This document shows, in pieces, positions 51,201-63,425 of a stretch of DNA of 64,000 nucleotides. Position 1 is the first letter of the stretch. Each line of letters begins with the position of its first letter. The translations under genes were made by a program, and so were the position numbers. The notes under the pieces are model-generated. The model did no database searches and was not told where the DNA came from. It worked only from the letters and a program-made list of their open reading frames with translations. Origin of the DNA: Botryllus schlosseri (Eukaryota); assembly GCA_051294905.1 (NCBI GenBank), contig CM119379.1, forward strand, positions 9,238,001 through 9,302,000. Direction: 5' to 3'.

Positions 51201-54200
51201 CCCGTTTGGCGGTCATAAACTGTTGCAGTAATTCTCTCGTGTACGTCTCCTTGTCCACCATCAGCTTCAACTGGTTCACGTGGCTCTCGCACAACAAAGC
51301 CAAGGCTTCGCTGTTCGACGAGTGATGGCTGAGTTCCTGAGCGTTGTCACGATTCTTTTTGAAAGCCTGACATTCGCAAAAAGCCGTAAAAATTTAGGAG
51401 TGTGCCAGACTTATGAAGCAGACTGAAACCTATCAAGAAGACTTGTGGAAAATTTGGATTTTAGGCATTATTGGGATTAGGACATCGAGATAACACAAGG
51501 ATTAGCGATCGCGAAACGGGGTATGATTGGCAGTAAAATCCCTGTGGCCAATTCGTCAAGAGCTCAATGTAAATTACTAGAATATCAGAAACAAAACATG
51601 AAAGGCTCTCGGCGCTCGCTAAACGGATATCGGCTCACCATCGCGATGTCTTTCTGTTCCTCTTGCTTATTTTCGACGTCGGACAGATAATCCACCATAC
51701 TCTCGAACCTCTCGCTGATTCCCGATATATCAATCAGTTTCCTGTCGCGGGCAAGATCTTCCCTTTTCTTGCTCTCTTCGACCAAAGACTCCAACCGATC
51801 TGAATATTTTCAGTGTTATTTTCCACAACAGCTATCTAAATAACTCATCGACTTCAACAAAAAGATAAATAGCCACCCTACAGGCATCGCGAAAATAAGA
51901 TCAATCTGTATATATCCCAAACTACCATTCTGGTTAGTCGACAGTCACTAACTAATAGTGGTTCTAGTTCTAGTTGTGGGTTTTGAAAAGTGAGCATTAA
52001 AAAAATTGTTGACGAACAACTAGAAAACGCATGTTGTCTTTTGACGTGAATCGTGATGCCGGTTTTCTGTTGTGTGGTGTTCTTGCGCCCATTGCTGGCC
52101 CACAGTCATCACTACTAACGGTGGCATAGCCAGGGGTGGATTTTGGGAGTTGAAACCCCATCCTATTTCAAACTCGAAATGCCGATCCGAATCCGATAAA
52201 ATCGAATTGAATCTAGTTATTGAGTTGGGTTTTTGTAAAGGTCGTCTGTTCCAGTTCAAGTTGCGAGTTTCGAATTTCTCGTAGTCTGTGCAGAGTGCAG
52301 GTCTGATACATCCACATCAATGAGGCCAATATCCTAACAATTCCAACTGTTCCTTTATAAACTGTGATTGTAGTGGCCACTAACCGCAAACGGGATTGTG
52401 TATATCACCCATTATGACGCCTACAAGTCTAACACGATTAACTGCAGTGCAACACAACACCGACGTACCTTGATTCAGAACTTTTTCCATTCGTTTGCAC
52501 TCGTCGAGCATACTCGAAACTGTAAATCCGTCTTTGCAATGGGCATCGATCCAATCCAGCAGACTTATCTGACGGTCGCTCGCATTTGTCGGCAGCACGC
52601 TCTTACCGTATTTCAGCAAGGGAGAGAGAACAGGTATGCGAGAGAGCAGTTCGAAGACATCTTCCAATCTACGGACAAATTAGCGTCACAGAATGGCATA
52701 CAAATCGAATGCCCATGGAAAATTAAAATAGGACATAGGTATTCGGGTCAACGCAAGTCAGACATCGCTGGATTGTGGATCAGTTTCAGTGAGCTAATAG
52801 TGGCTTAGTTTGATACCAGCTGGAGACTCCAACCTATTATTCCAGACAAAACAATGCATTGCCAGCATCGGTTGATCACAGATCAGGCTAATAACAGTCT
52901 GCGAAGTAACCCTTAATTGATCAGAGAACATGTCGATGCATTTCGTGTCATTAGACTATTGACTAGATCAGGTGAAGATCAGTTGGTAAATGTAATCCTT
53001 AATCAGGGATCAAGGTAATGCATTTAGAATATCCCTTGATTATGGATCGATTGGTAGGCTATATAGTATCAGTTGAGTGAATTCTACTAAAGATGAAAAA
53101 GAAATCCCGACATGTTATTCAACCATATATTCATAAATGCGATAAGTAGCTAAGGTAGATCAGTGGTAGTCAAAGTTAGGATTACAGACGCTTTTGACTC
53201 TCACTCAGACAATAGGATTGCACCATGCCACCATTAATTAAACTGCAATAGTGTAATGGCCAATGTGCACAAGTTCACACTAATTCATTTGATGACATAA
53301 TCAGAAGCAAAACCCAGGCGAGACAAAACCTAAATATCATCAATCCTGCTACAATACATCACGATTACCCACCCATCGAGAATGTTGGAGCCATCGCGAA
53401 TTTGGTCCAGTACCGTCTGACATTGTGACGTCACCTGTTGTACCCGGGTTTGAAACCCTGCCAGGACTTCCAATAGATTGGAAACACCGGCCTGCCATCC
53501 CTGAACAAAGTCAATGTGTCATTGCATAAGCAAAAATAACAATTCAAAACACAAAGCAATAGTGTTTGGATAATTAAACAATAATCATACGATAAAAATT
53601 ACGAATTTCATCACACTATCACTGATACAGTTAGATTTGAATATTTGAAGAGATTCATGGCGGTACAGAGCTTCAATATAGGGCCAACAATTGATTAGTA
53701 TTCATATTGAAATGTACCCAAATATTTACTACATACTATTCAGTCGAATATTTTCAAAAAAATAGAAGAGTCAACTCACTAAAAGATAATGAACTACATT
53801 ATCACACACATTCACAAGGAAAAATGTCATTATAATGGTCTATGGAGAACGGAAAAAGTCCCTTTAAAGTTCATGTGATTACGCAATACCTGCAAAAACT
53901 TCTTATGTAATTTATAGCCATAACCATAAAGTGATCTAGGAATGTTATCATATAACAGGAAGTGAGGTAAACTGATAACAGATCATACCTTCTCGGTGAT
54001 GCCTAATCTTATTCAGCATGGTCTAATGACTAAGAGATGATGCATTGCAGAGCATGATGACTTGCATCCTGGCATCCAATGCAACAAAGACTAGAAACTC
54101 GACTGTAGAGGGGCGGAGAGAGGCGTGGCATGACATGCGGGAGGTGCGGTTTGTTGTGGTCGGTTGATTATGGTATCATGAAAGGAAGTCCATATCAGTA

Positions 54201-57200
54201 GGCTACTATGAGAAAGAGCATTCTTTGGAAATTCCTATCAAATAAGGAACTGGGCGATTGCAAATACTTATCGCAGGAAATTTTGTGAATTTAGTGGAAA
54301 CCGAATAGGCCCATGGATTCATTGGATCAAACTGCGCAAAGATAGCTTAATGGTGGGAATGTTATGAAAGAAAAATCCATTATAAATAATGGCCCACCAA
54401 GTTTTGTCAATGGAAAATATCCAATTGGCGGTGTATGGCTAAAAGATAATATAACCCACACAAGTGGGACTTATCTGTAAGTTTGAATAAGGCCCCTCAC
54501 AGGCAAAACATATTATTGTGTGTCCCACCTGAAACATGAGCTGCTGCTCGCGGAAAAGTTCTTTCAAGTCTTTTACTCGCGTCTTCGTCACGTCGTGAAG
54601 CTGCAAGGCTAGTCTTGTCCTGCAGTCCACTGTTCTGTAGGAAGGCGGCATGGACAATGCATCCTTAATACCTGAACCGAATCCTAAAAAAAATACAATA
54701 ATACAATACTGTGTAGACTTTGTCACCAATTTCACATGAACTCAGATCACTTCAGGACATCCAGGATAGGATGACATGCTAATGATACTAGTATGATCTG
54801 TTTTTACAGGAATGTTACTATGGACAGGGCCAAATGAAAATTTCACATAGGCCAACTTAAATTACCATATTCCTTTGACTGGTAAAACAGCAGTATTACC
54901 AATTAGAAATTGGGACAAGCAAGTTTAGATCTAATTTAAAAACTGACTGTTGACAGTATGTTATTTGTCATCGCAACACCTCATCAATTGCGATAAGATC
55001 AGGCCCAACATTTACTGTGAATACCGTATACAAGATTTACCTACACTAGAAAAAAAATTATGCCTGGTGGTTCAATCTCATGAAGATTTGCACTCATTCA
55101 AGTTCAAATGATGACATCACTCACTTTGAACTTGGCTGCAACTATCCGTTAACATAAGTTACAATTATGATGTTAATGACAACTTGAGAGTGAGACCTAT
55201 TTTACAAATCCAAGTAATAAGGTAATAAAAATTGCCTATTTACAGTGGTACTGTTACAACCTGTAGTCACCGGAATTTTGCAAAGTTAGCGTACTGTATT
55301 TATGAAGTAGCCCTACTGGTGCCACAGTAAGCTGCATACATAACACGATTAACAGACAATACAAGATTGCATAAAATTGCAAGGCAATCACATTAGGATA
55401 TATTTCATGAAAAAATATGTCAGATAGGATGAACCATACTCATAAATCTCAGAATTTGGTAGTATGGTAAAACGATACCAGTAAGTTAAATAAGTGAAAG
55501 TAAGTGTTTATGTCCCTACACTATGAACATTAAATGAAATTGCACCACAAAGCACGAGCACTAGAACAAATTGCCAGCACGATTGGCAAACTCAAATTGC
55601 TAAATCTCTTCAATAGCTGCGAGCAAGAAAATAACTATCCTTTGATACTGACCTTGCAAGGCAGAGGCCCGAGTTTATAAATAGCACACATTCCTACCTT
55701 TGCCGCCATGCACTTCTCGCAAAGCAGGTGAAGTCTTTTTCTCAATGCAAGCTTTATCATATAAGTAGACGGGATTGGTATCAGTCCCGGCAGCGTAGCT
55801 GCACAATCTTTCGGAGTCCTGAAGAGCTTCGCCACTGCTTTTCAGCATCACCTACGATTGGTAAACACAACTAATGCATATGCGGTATGCGAAAAGTTAT
55901 TATTTGCAACATTTGGGGCATAGACCCAATCAATTCAATGGCTCAACACGTCAGTTCTCAGACCACTGAGAAATTGCAATTTGAAGTAGACAGACTGGCA
56001 GTGTTTGAACAAAAGATATGCTAGTTACTTGGCTTGTAGAAAGTAGAAATATAGTTTATAACTGCACTGCAGCATTAGGTCACAATAAGCCATAAGTCAT
56101 GACTGTTTGAAAGTTGTATTACCACGGGAATTCCAATGTCAATACCACTGCCCACAGGCAATCAGGCATAGGCTATTTAATGCATTTTAGGTGAGTTATA
56201 TTTGAAATGATTAATCAATTGAATACTTAAGAGGCCTGCATGACATAATAATTAAAATTTAGATGGATTAGATCAATTAGGACTCTAATCAATGATTACC
56301 ATCAGTCTTTGTGATCCCTTAGTATTGATTTAAAACCCTACAGGAAATTCATTTAGCACATTCAAACCACTTTGGCACTTTTGTCAAATGAAAGTATCGT
56401 CCACAGCCCATAAGTAATCCGAAATTTCAATTTATGGCTTCATGGCCAACATGGAAACAACTAGGCCTACATATCCAATTCAGACAATATGGAATGAAAA
56501 CTGTTAGATTGGTCAGAAATTAGTGAAATCATTTCATTACCAGTATGCTACAGACAGCTGGTTTTCAGTGTCACCGATCCCCACATTGTGCCAGAAACAA
56601 CAGATTTTACTTCTGGACTATTTATAATCCAGTTTCAAGCTTCCCAACTTTGGGGATAATCATTACATGATGAATGGATTAAATACTACACTCCAGAACA
56701 ACACCTTAGTTCAAACATGTCACAGAGGCTTGACATACATATCAATGGAGTCCATTTCGAAAACAAGTCTTTGTTAAGTAGACGTTCAATAAAACAAACA
56801 AAATTTTGTATTTGTACAGTTACACTGCAGATTGACCCTCTGTCCAAGCTGGCACGAAATTATAGCCCTATACACACAAATCACCAAAGTCCTACCTGGT
56901 TTTCCACAGAAATGTTGTGATTTCCAAGTATGGCATTCTTCAGCTCCAGCACCCTGTGGATATTTAATCTGCTGTAGTGTTGTCATATCTAATAACAAAT
57001 CCCACCGAATGAACTCAACTTGAGTGTTGTTGGCGAGAAGAACAAATACATGATAGAGATATTTTTATATTGTGAAGACACATCCTCGAGGGTTGGCTTA
57101 TATTATAGTCTTCATAAAGTCTTGCTTATAAGTTTGATTACGTTAATAACAATAGTGTTTTGGACAAGCCTTTATGTCTGTAAAATTGAACCTTGCAATT

Positions 57201-57948
57201 ACAGTCAGTGTATCGATGTCAATACTTGCAAGTGCAGGTCAGCAATTTCAATACATTGCAGTTATCAGAGTTCACCTTGATTCATAAATCTTACTGGCCT
57301 GAAAGCAGCCAATATGCTATAGATCCCATTCGAAGTAGAATTTGACACAGGTTATATTAGAGGCAACTTCGGCCATCTTAATTTGCAAAATGTGCTTTGC
57401 TGGTAGCACCATTGGATTGTTTTTGAGAGAGCTGATGGTACCTACTATGCTCGCGGCAAAATTTATAATATTAGGTATTTAATTATATAACCAGGTTTGC
57501 ACCTATTGAAATGAGCATACTGTGGGCTACATATCTAGCCCAAATATTACTACAGAGCTGCCAATCAATGGTTGTAATTCTAAAAATACATTTATTATCC
57601 AACAACAATGGCTTGATTCATTCATTTTTTATTACTTCATTTCATAATCAGAAGCTTAGAGATTGCCATCAAATAGGCCTACCAAAGTGAATTTATTGAA
57701 ATACTGGCTAGTATACATATTCGGATAAACTTTGAATCAGCTTCAGGCATGAACCACAAAAACAATAGTCGATCACAAAAATTCCATTCAAGAGAACTCC
57801 AAATAGAGCAGTTTTCTGAATTATAAGTATCAAATGAAATGAAATACATCAATTTCCTACTTATTGATGAATCCACTCACGTTTCTGTCAGGAGGTCAGC
57901 GTCGAAGGTCAACAGGTCCCCCCGATTCACCAAGAAGACATGCAACAT
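33236..57948 (-). CDS. RB1CC1: RB1-inducible coiled-coil protein 1 / FIP200 (Atg11/Atg17-like autophagy scaffold)
   Basis: 24 phase-consistent GT-AG exons: 57881-57948, 56896-56953, 55698-55851, 54529-54683, 53373-53500, 52469-52668, 51639-51799, 51170-51366, 47406-47592, 46338-46436, 45438-45581, 44277-44578, 42784-43073, 42613-42695, 42229-42299, 41898-42078, 40244-41124, 39445-39551, 38914-38992, 37941-38116, 36672-36799, 35697-35965, 34595-34722, 33236-33387 (4398 nt, about 1465 aa). N-terminus MLHVFLVNRGDLLTFD, YAAGTDTNPVYL, EVVRRK, long coiled coil, and Claw domain FQPGDSVLVI...KEYCQARKEKNRFRVPINTKFYRVK. Confidence 0.95.
36148..36627. mobile_element. Non-autonomous hAT (Charlie-like) element
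   Basis: Termini CAGTGGTTCCCAACC ... GGTTGGGAGCCACTG. Flanks CACTCACA / CACTACCA (6/8). Confidence 0.7.
38216..38673. mobile_element. GACTC-rich MITE family copy
   Basis: Termini CAGGGTTGT ... ACAACCCTG, homologous to 13200-13862. TSD not evident. Confidence 0.65.
39100..39250 (+). mobile_element. Internally deleted Penelope-like fragment with hammerhead motif (39185-39219)
   Basis: A GIY-YIG remnant (TIGKHL...ERFRVVARGHSHF) is joined to ACCC-CUGACGA-GUGUCAGCC-GAAA-AUAU-UU-GGGUU. Confidence 0.75.
43116..43668. mobile_element. About 550-bp foldback MITE flanked by TTAA
   Basis: TTAA-AGGGGCACTGCACTCTAAAA ... TTTTAGAGTGCAGTGCCCCT-TTAA. The arms are near-identical inverted repeats almost to the centre. 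A TTAA TSD with a purine start suggests a Kolobok-like family (inference). Confidence 0.85.
45200..45330 (+). mobile_element. Degenerate Penelope-like terminal repeat
   Basis: Aligns to the other copies, but the hammerhead core is mutated (CTGAGAA...GAGA). Confidence 0.6.
45752..46120. mobile_element. Inverted pair of Penelope-like terminal repeats
   Basis: A minus-strand copy at 45752-45945 (hammerhead 45818-45853) abuts a plus-strand copy at 45953-46120 (hammerhead 46047-46081, GAAA changed to AAAA). Confidence 0.8.
49504..50882 (+). mobile_element. hAT (Charlie/Buster) deletion derivative
   Basis: Termini CAGCGGTTCTCAACC ... GGTTGAGAACCACTG with exact TSD CTCTAGCA (49496-49503, 50883-50890). 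A transposase C-terminal remnant (about 50460-50660) is homologous to 61830-62040. Confidence 0.88.
49913..50165. mobile_element. Penelope-like fragment: inverted terminal repeat fused to ORF remnant
   Basis: A minus-strand terminal repeat (49913-50005) is directly joined to a plus-strand frame ALKARLSDLAHSYCGCPIDKADFLMDKECFVAIKALRSNPEIHI. I recall this as the region just upstream of the RT domain in Penelope-like ORFs. Confidence 0.6.
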
Positions 57949-59014
57949 GTTGATTTTCCGATGCTCACTCTCTCTCTCTCTCGCCTTGGTCTACTTTTAA
58001 ATCCTTTCTTCCACAGGATTTGCGGAGGTACAAAAGCTTTAGTTTATCTTACTCCATGATTAGTTTTGCTGTAAAGACAAATTTTTGAAGTTGTGATAAG
58101 AACAATATGAAGCATCAACCTCATGCGATAATGTTATCGACTCTAAGAGATGGTAACAGAACTTGACACTTCCTAGTTACTTTGAAACTGTTTTATATAG
58201 CTACTTTGTCGGTACACAGGACGCCTTACTCTTACAGGAATGAGCGTCAGCTGGAAGTAGTGGGAAAAAGTGATAAATACGGTATCAGCCTAAGATGGAT
58301 CATCCTGATCAAGTGATTTGCAGTGTGCCACCTGCACCGAGGATTATCTTCCAGGATACAACACTTAGACTTGGCCTGTAAAATATTCAATCGTGAACAA
58401 GTTTCATTCTAACATCACATCCTCGCTTCAAGTGATAGGCATATTTGATATTAAAAAGTAATGCTATCTTGGCATCGGCAATACCGTAAGTAGAAATCCA
58501 CAATGTACTAAATTTATTACTTTCATGATCTCTGACTTTTAGATGGAAAGCTGTGTCCCCATGAAACCAGCTATTATTACATCATCATCATCATCATCAT
58601 AATTGGTGGTGACTCAAGTCAGCAATTATGGAAAATACAAATTTGAGATTGTCACAAAAGTCCAGTTGGTAGGCCATTCAACGACATTGTAGGCCTTTGC
58701 CAGCTACCGACAATGGTATTTAGGCAAATAATATAAAATGTCATAACACCATGAAAATCGTTTCGATTGGGGCTTTGGGTAATTCATTCTGCATTCCTGA
58801 TAATTTTGGGCTATAGGCTATCAAGATCCACAATTAAAACACACAGGAGTGCCCGTGATCCCCTCCACTGCAGTGCAGTCTGATTTTGGAAAAATCATCC
58901 AGGGCCTCAGTAGTGTGGCGTGCCATTCCAAGGCTAATTTGGAACACACAGAACTCAGCGCATCTCCGCCTCTCCCATGTCATATGAAAAGGGGCAGTAT
59001 CACAGGAAGTCATG

Positions 59015-59803
59015 TCAAGCATATGACCCAAAATTGTTAGGTAACGGCCAAATAATATTTTCAGAATCAAAAACCAATCTCTCCATTGGTATATGATCCA
59101 ATCGGGCAACGGAATAACGAATATAATGGACAAACGCTTCTATGGACTGAATATCGGTTTCTTCATCGCTGTTGAACACTTGCATCCAAATGGACGACGC
59201 CAGTGTAGCATCACACTTCATAAGACCCTCGTCGTAAAACATAAAAGACGTTTGCAACAGCGACACGTAGTCTCGCATTTGCTTTTTCACTGCCAGGTCC
59301 TGCTGCAATTCATCTTCTATCTTCTTCGCTCTTTTCTCAATGTCTTCCCACAAAGTCGCAGTGATGATCTTAATCATCATCCTGCCGTCTCTGCCTTCCT
59401 GCTTCAACCGAACGAACAGCATCCACACGTGAAGGTATATCACCGTTAACCAACTTGGAAAGGAATCTTCTAATTTTCCTATTTGCTGTATTGTGCTGAA
59501 GTCAACTTTCATGTAAATACCGTTCAATAGAGTTTGACTCGCTATACCCAAATCGCGTCCGCGGTACTTCTGACCGAATGTGATTCCCAAGCGGTTATCA
59601 AGAAAACCAAGTACAGATTCAAATTTACTCAGAGATCGTGCTACTGGCAGTGGTTTTTCCTCCAGCACTGTTTTAGGTGCTCGTGACCTTAGACTCCTGT
59701 TTGAGGTCGTATGGAAAAGTGCTTGCCTTGCAATCGATAATGAAAAGTTGGAGGTATATCTTTGAAGTCGAAGTGAGAGGAGTGGCAGCCGTCTTAAAGC
59801 CAT
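59015..59803 (-). CDS. UQCC1: Ubiquinol-cytochrome c reductase complex assembly factor 1 (Cbp3 family), intronless CDS, 262 aa
   Basis: The ORF from MALRRLPLLSLRLQRY (mitochondrial presequence-like) contains DSFPSWLTVIYLHVWMLFVRLKQEGRDG, LWEDIEKR and YDEGLMKCDATLASSIW, characteristic of Cbp3/UQCC1. The ATG at 59803 directly follows an acceptor-like CTAAT...CAG. Confidence 0.92.
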   Translation of the reverse strand: MALRRLPLLSLRLQRYTSNFSLSIARQALFHTTSNRSLRSRAPKTVLEEKPLPVARSLSKFESVLGFLDNRLGITFGQKYRGRDLGIASQTLLNGIYMKVDFSTIQQIGKLEDSFPSWLTVIYLHVWMLFVRLKQEGRDGRMMIKIITATLWEDIEKRAKKIEDELQQDLAVKKQMRDYVSLLQTSFMFYDEGLMKCDATLASSIWMQVFNSDEETDIQSIEAFVHYIRYSVARLDHIPMERLVFDSENIIWPLPNNFGSYA

Positions 59804-61423
59804 CTGATTTGTTTGAATTAGACTGACTACATATAAAACAATGCAGTAGGAAGCAACTGAAAACAGAGATAGCATGCAATAATATAATAATTGGATATGG
59901 TATGCGAAGTTTCAGGCGCAACAAATCTCATGTCAAACAAATTCATGTAAATTCCATTAAAATGCAGGTAGCCTAGGCATACATCAAAACTAAAGCATAG
60001 CTACTTCACAGCACAATTCAACTTTTATACAAGCTATACAACAATGGGCACATTTTAAATAGATAAATGTGATGTGTGTTCAATTATAGTCTTCAATTCA
60101 ATACAAAGCCTGATCATTTTACAAGAGTAAATCACAGCACAGCAACAGATAGGCCTATATTATTGCTACCACATGTAGGCTGCAGCAGCGCAATCGACGG
60201 TAAACTTAAGATTATAGAGATTCATTCCATGTAAAAAAAATCTCACTTCCACAGAAAAAGGATAAATACTGTCTGATGGTTATACATATCCCCTTTCCAT
60301 CTGTCACTTACTAGTTCATCCTGTTTTTTTTTTAGAAAGTCATAAATACATAAAACTCAACTAAACCTGCCACTTGAAGAAGTTATATGTTAATGTCAAA
60401 CTCTTTGACCACTCCGAATCACAGGGTGGGAAAATAAATGTAGGCTACAGACACACTAGTGCCTAACAATGCATATAGGCCTATGCTGTGCAGCTGCAGA
60501 TATAATTTCCTGACTAGAAACCGAAAGTAGGTGAGATGTATTAATCACACAGCATAAGAAAAAGTAATAGTAATTCAAAGCTGACGGAGATTGAATATCC
60601 CCAAAATTTTCAGAGCATGAACTGACCAATGTTGGAACAACAATTGTAAATAGGTCACTTTGAGAGAAAGTAGGTCTGCTATATCTTGTAGAGGTACCCA
60701 ACTGTGTCACAGCTATTGATCTGAATTATCACAATTGAAATTCTTGGCCAGCTGCTGTACACAGATGGTTACTGAATTTCAAAAGCACCAAATCCATCTG
60801 CATTATGGGATAACTGCAATTGACAGTAAAACTAGCATTTCCAGGTGTGCATTATTAACAGCAGTACAGCTCAGTCTGCAGATAAATTGATCTGCTTCAG
60901 TACCAACCTAATCAAATATTGTTACCATGACTTCTAATGTCAAATCATATAATGATGCCATGTGAAACTAGCAATTATTGCAACATGAGGACTAGGACTG
61001 GTAAATCTTGATAGGCCTACAAAAAACATACTACAAAAATGACACACTTAACATCACATTGTCATATCCAACCATAAATCGTATGACATCAAAACATAAT
61101 AGAATGATAGCAGTAGTAGCAGTCATCACAATATCTATATGGAAATTAAATTCATAATGTCAATACCACAGTCATTATAATAAAGTCTAATCCATAACAC
61201 ATGTAATGATTTAACAGGTTAACACAGTAATATACAGCTAATGCACTGCACGCTATATTCAAGATTGACCAATCTTACATAATGATGGAGCCAGCCATTT
61301 TCAAGTAGGTATTTCCAAATAAGTAGATGATACCATATGGGATATAGGCTTATCATGACACTGAGAGAAAAATACATTGAATGTTATTGACATCTGAACT
61401 TACCTCATCCTCATCTTATAGAA

Positions 61424-62260
61424 CAGTGGTTCTCAACCGGGGGGTCCACAAAGCATCAAAATAGTTGATAAACTAATATTTGTTTTTGTTATTTCAATTC
61501 GGAAAATCACAAGGCAGTTTCGCTTTATTACTAGTAAAACTCTAGAGCTCACATCAACAGAATGGTCATCTGAGATGAAATATCCGAAATTGCTAAATTG
61601 CCAATAGCCTACTGAACAAACATTTTGCTGTTTTTAGTAATAATTTGTTGGGGATTGTGGAAAAAAAGTCGGATGAGTAAGGTCAATCACGGTGAGTTCG
61701 TAATGTTTGCAAAAATCCATTTTCTCCTGTGATATGAATAGCCATTTTTTCTATAATAACTTCAAGATAAGCTGCTAGAATGCTAGATAGAAAAGACCAG
61801 GCTTGACGTTATATGTTCATTAAAAAATTTGTTTGTCAATTTTGGTGCCATACTTGTTGCGATCATACCAAAATGCATCGTTATGTATTATAGCAATATG
61901 TGTTATTATTACATTCTCCACCACCTATATTTGTGGAAATGGATTTTCGGCACTCATTCATATCAAATCGAAGGCGCGGATTTTCAAGACACGACCACAT
62001 ATTTCAAGAAATGCAGTTGCAGAATTCGCTTTGAAATAATAGAAGTCAACTAGAATTCTACATGAATAGTACGATCTTATTTTGAAGAAAAGTTATTATG
62101 TTGCTGTTTATCACCAAGCCTACAGTTAGCATTTGCGCAAGACAGAGATGACGATTGTATGATGATTGAGTTAAGTTTGAAGTAAAACTTGAAGGGGGTC
62201 CGCGGCGGTCCGTGACGTTACGAAAGTGGTCCGCGAAGACAAAAAGGTTGAGAACCACTG
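61424..62260 (+). mobile_element. hAT (Charlie/Buster) deletion derivative
   Basis: Termini CAGTGGTTCTCAACC ... GGTTGAGAACCACTG with exact TSD TTATAGAA (61416-61423, 62261-62268). The interior encodes ITFSTTYICGNGFSALIHIKSKAR (hAT dimerisation motif). Confidence 0.92.
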
Positions 62261-63425
62261 TTATAGAACATTATACACTATAAACAGAAAAATAATCAGA
62301 AACTGAAAGTCAACATAATATAAAGTACACAATGACTGCATCAGTCACATGGCAGACCTGCGTGATTATTCGCAGAAGGCCTATAGTGATGTTTATTGCA
62401 CAAATGCATGTATGCATTCATGAGTAAGGCAGAGTAAACGGTAATATTTGACAATCAACAAAGATGAGCGGATGAAGTGCATGTACCATGCAACTTCAGC
62501 TAAGGAGAAAAACAACAACGCACAAAAGTCAAACATCCAATTTTTTGTGATGAGAGTTAGTGAATAGTCATATCTATTTTAGATACGGTACGGTAATGGT
62601 TCCAGGTTGAAATTCACAATTAGCCAATATTCAAAGGAGTAACGGAACTTCAGTATACAATTGAACAGTATATTTATATTGGAGGTGAACTAGTCTGACC
62701 ACACCCGCATCAAATAAGTAGCCTACACCATCTCTATACAATCTGGCTGTAATGAAAGGTTGTTGAAAAATGAAAATTACAAGAAGTTAACAGAAAAGAG
62801 CAAATTAATGAAGCAATCTCTGGGCAGGGGTTAGGCAACAGTGTTATAGTACTATGACGAGGAGAGGTAGGTAATCAAGTAGCCTGGGTCTTTTTTTAAA
62901 ACGATTATAAGGCAATTCACGGATATGTCGAGGTAATTCATTCCAAATCATACCGATCCTGAGTCAAATCGTTGTCATAAGGGCTACCGCTACAGGATAA
63001 GGATAGATACCATACCCAATTTCTAATCATTTACCTAGCTTAAACTGATGATTCCATCAACACGGAGTGTGCAAGTGCAAGCATCTACATAAATTGTCCT
63101 TTTCTTTTTGGTATAATAGTAATGAAATTCCAAAATAAAAATGAAATTCGGGAAATACGCTGCAAGCCACACGCATCTTACATAACAAAACACTGATAAA
63201 CCGGCAAACAATGACTCGACCGGCTAGCTAGAAAACAGTCACAAACTCAGTCTGAATCACTGACACAAAGAAGTCTTTTTCTGATGCAACGTTTTAGGGA
63301 CAACGTAGATAGCATCGTTGTCATGACAAACTTGATAACGAATAAACATTAGCCCCATGCCAGTCAGAAAACAGAACTCTTGCGATGTTTACTACTATCA
63401 GCCATACCGTCCTATCAGTGGTTGC

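Noticed and set aside
53990-54105. Alternative RB1CC1 exon (SLLHWM resembles SLLDWI)
   Set aside because: All three frames contain stops between the acceptor-like and donor-like sites, and the gene model is complete without it.
62380-63415. Terminal exons of another minus-strand gene
   Set aside because: Acceptor-like sites and short frames exist, but there is no identifiable protein or consistent exon chain.
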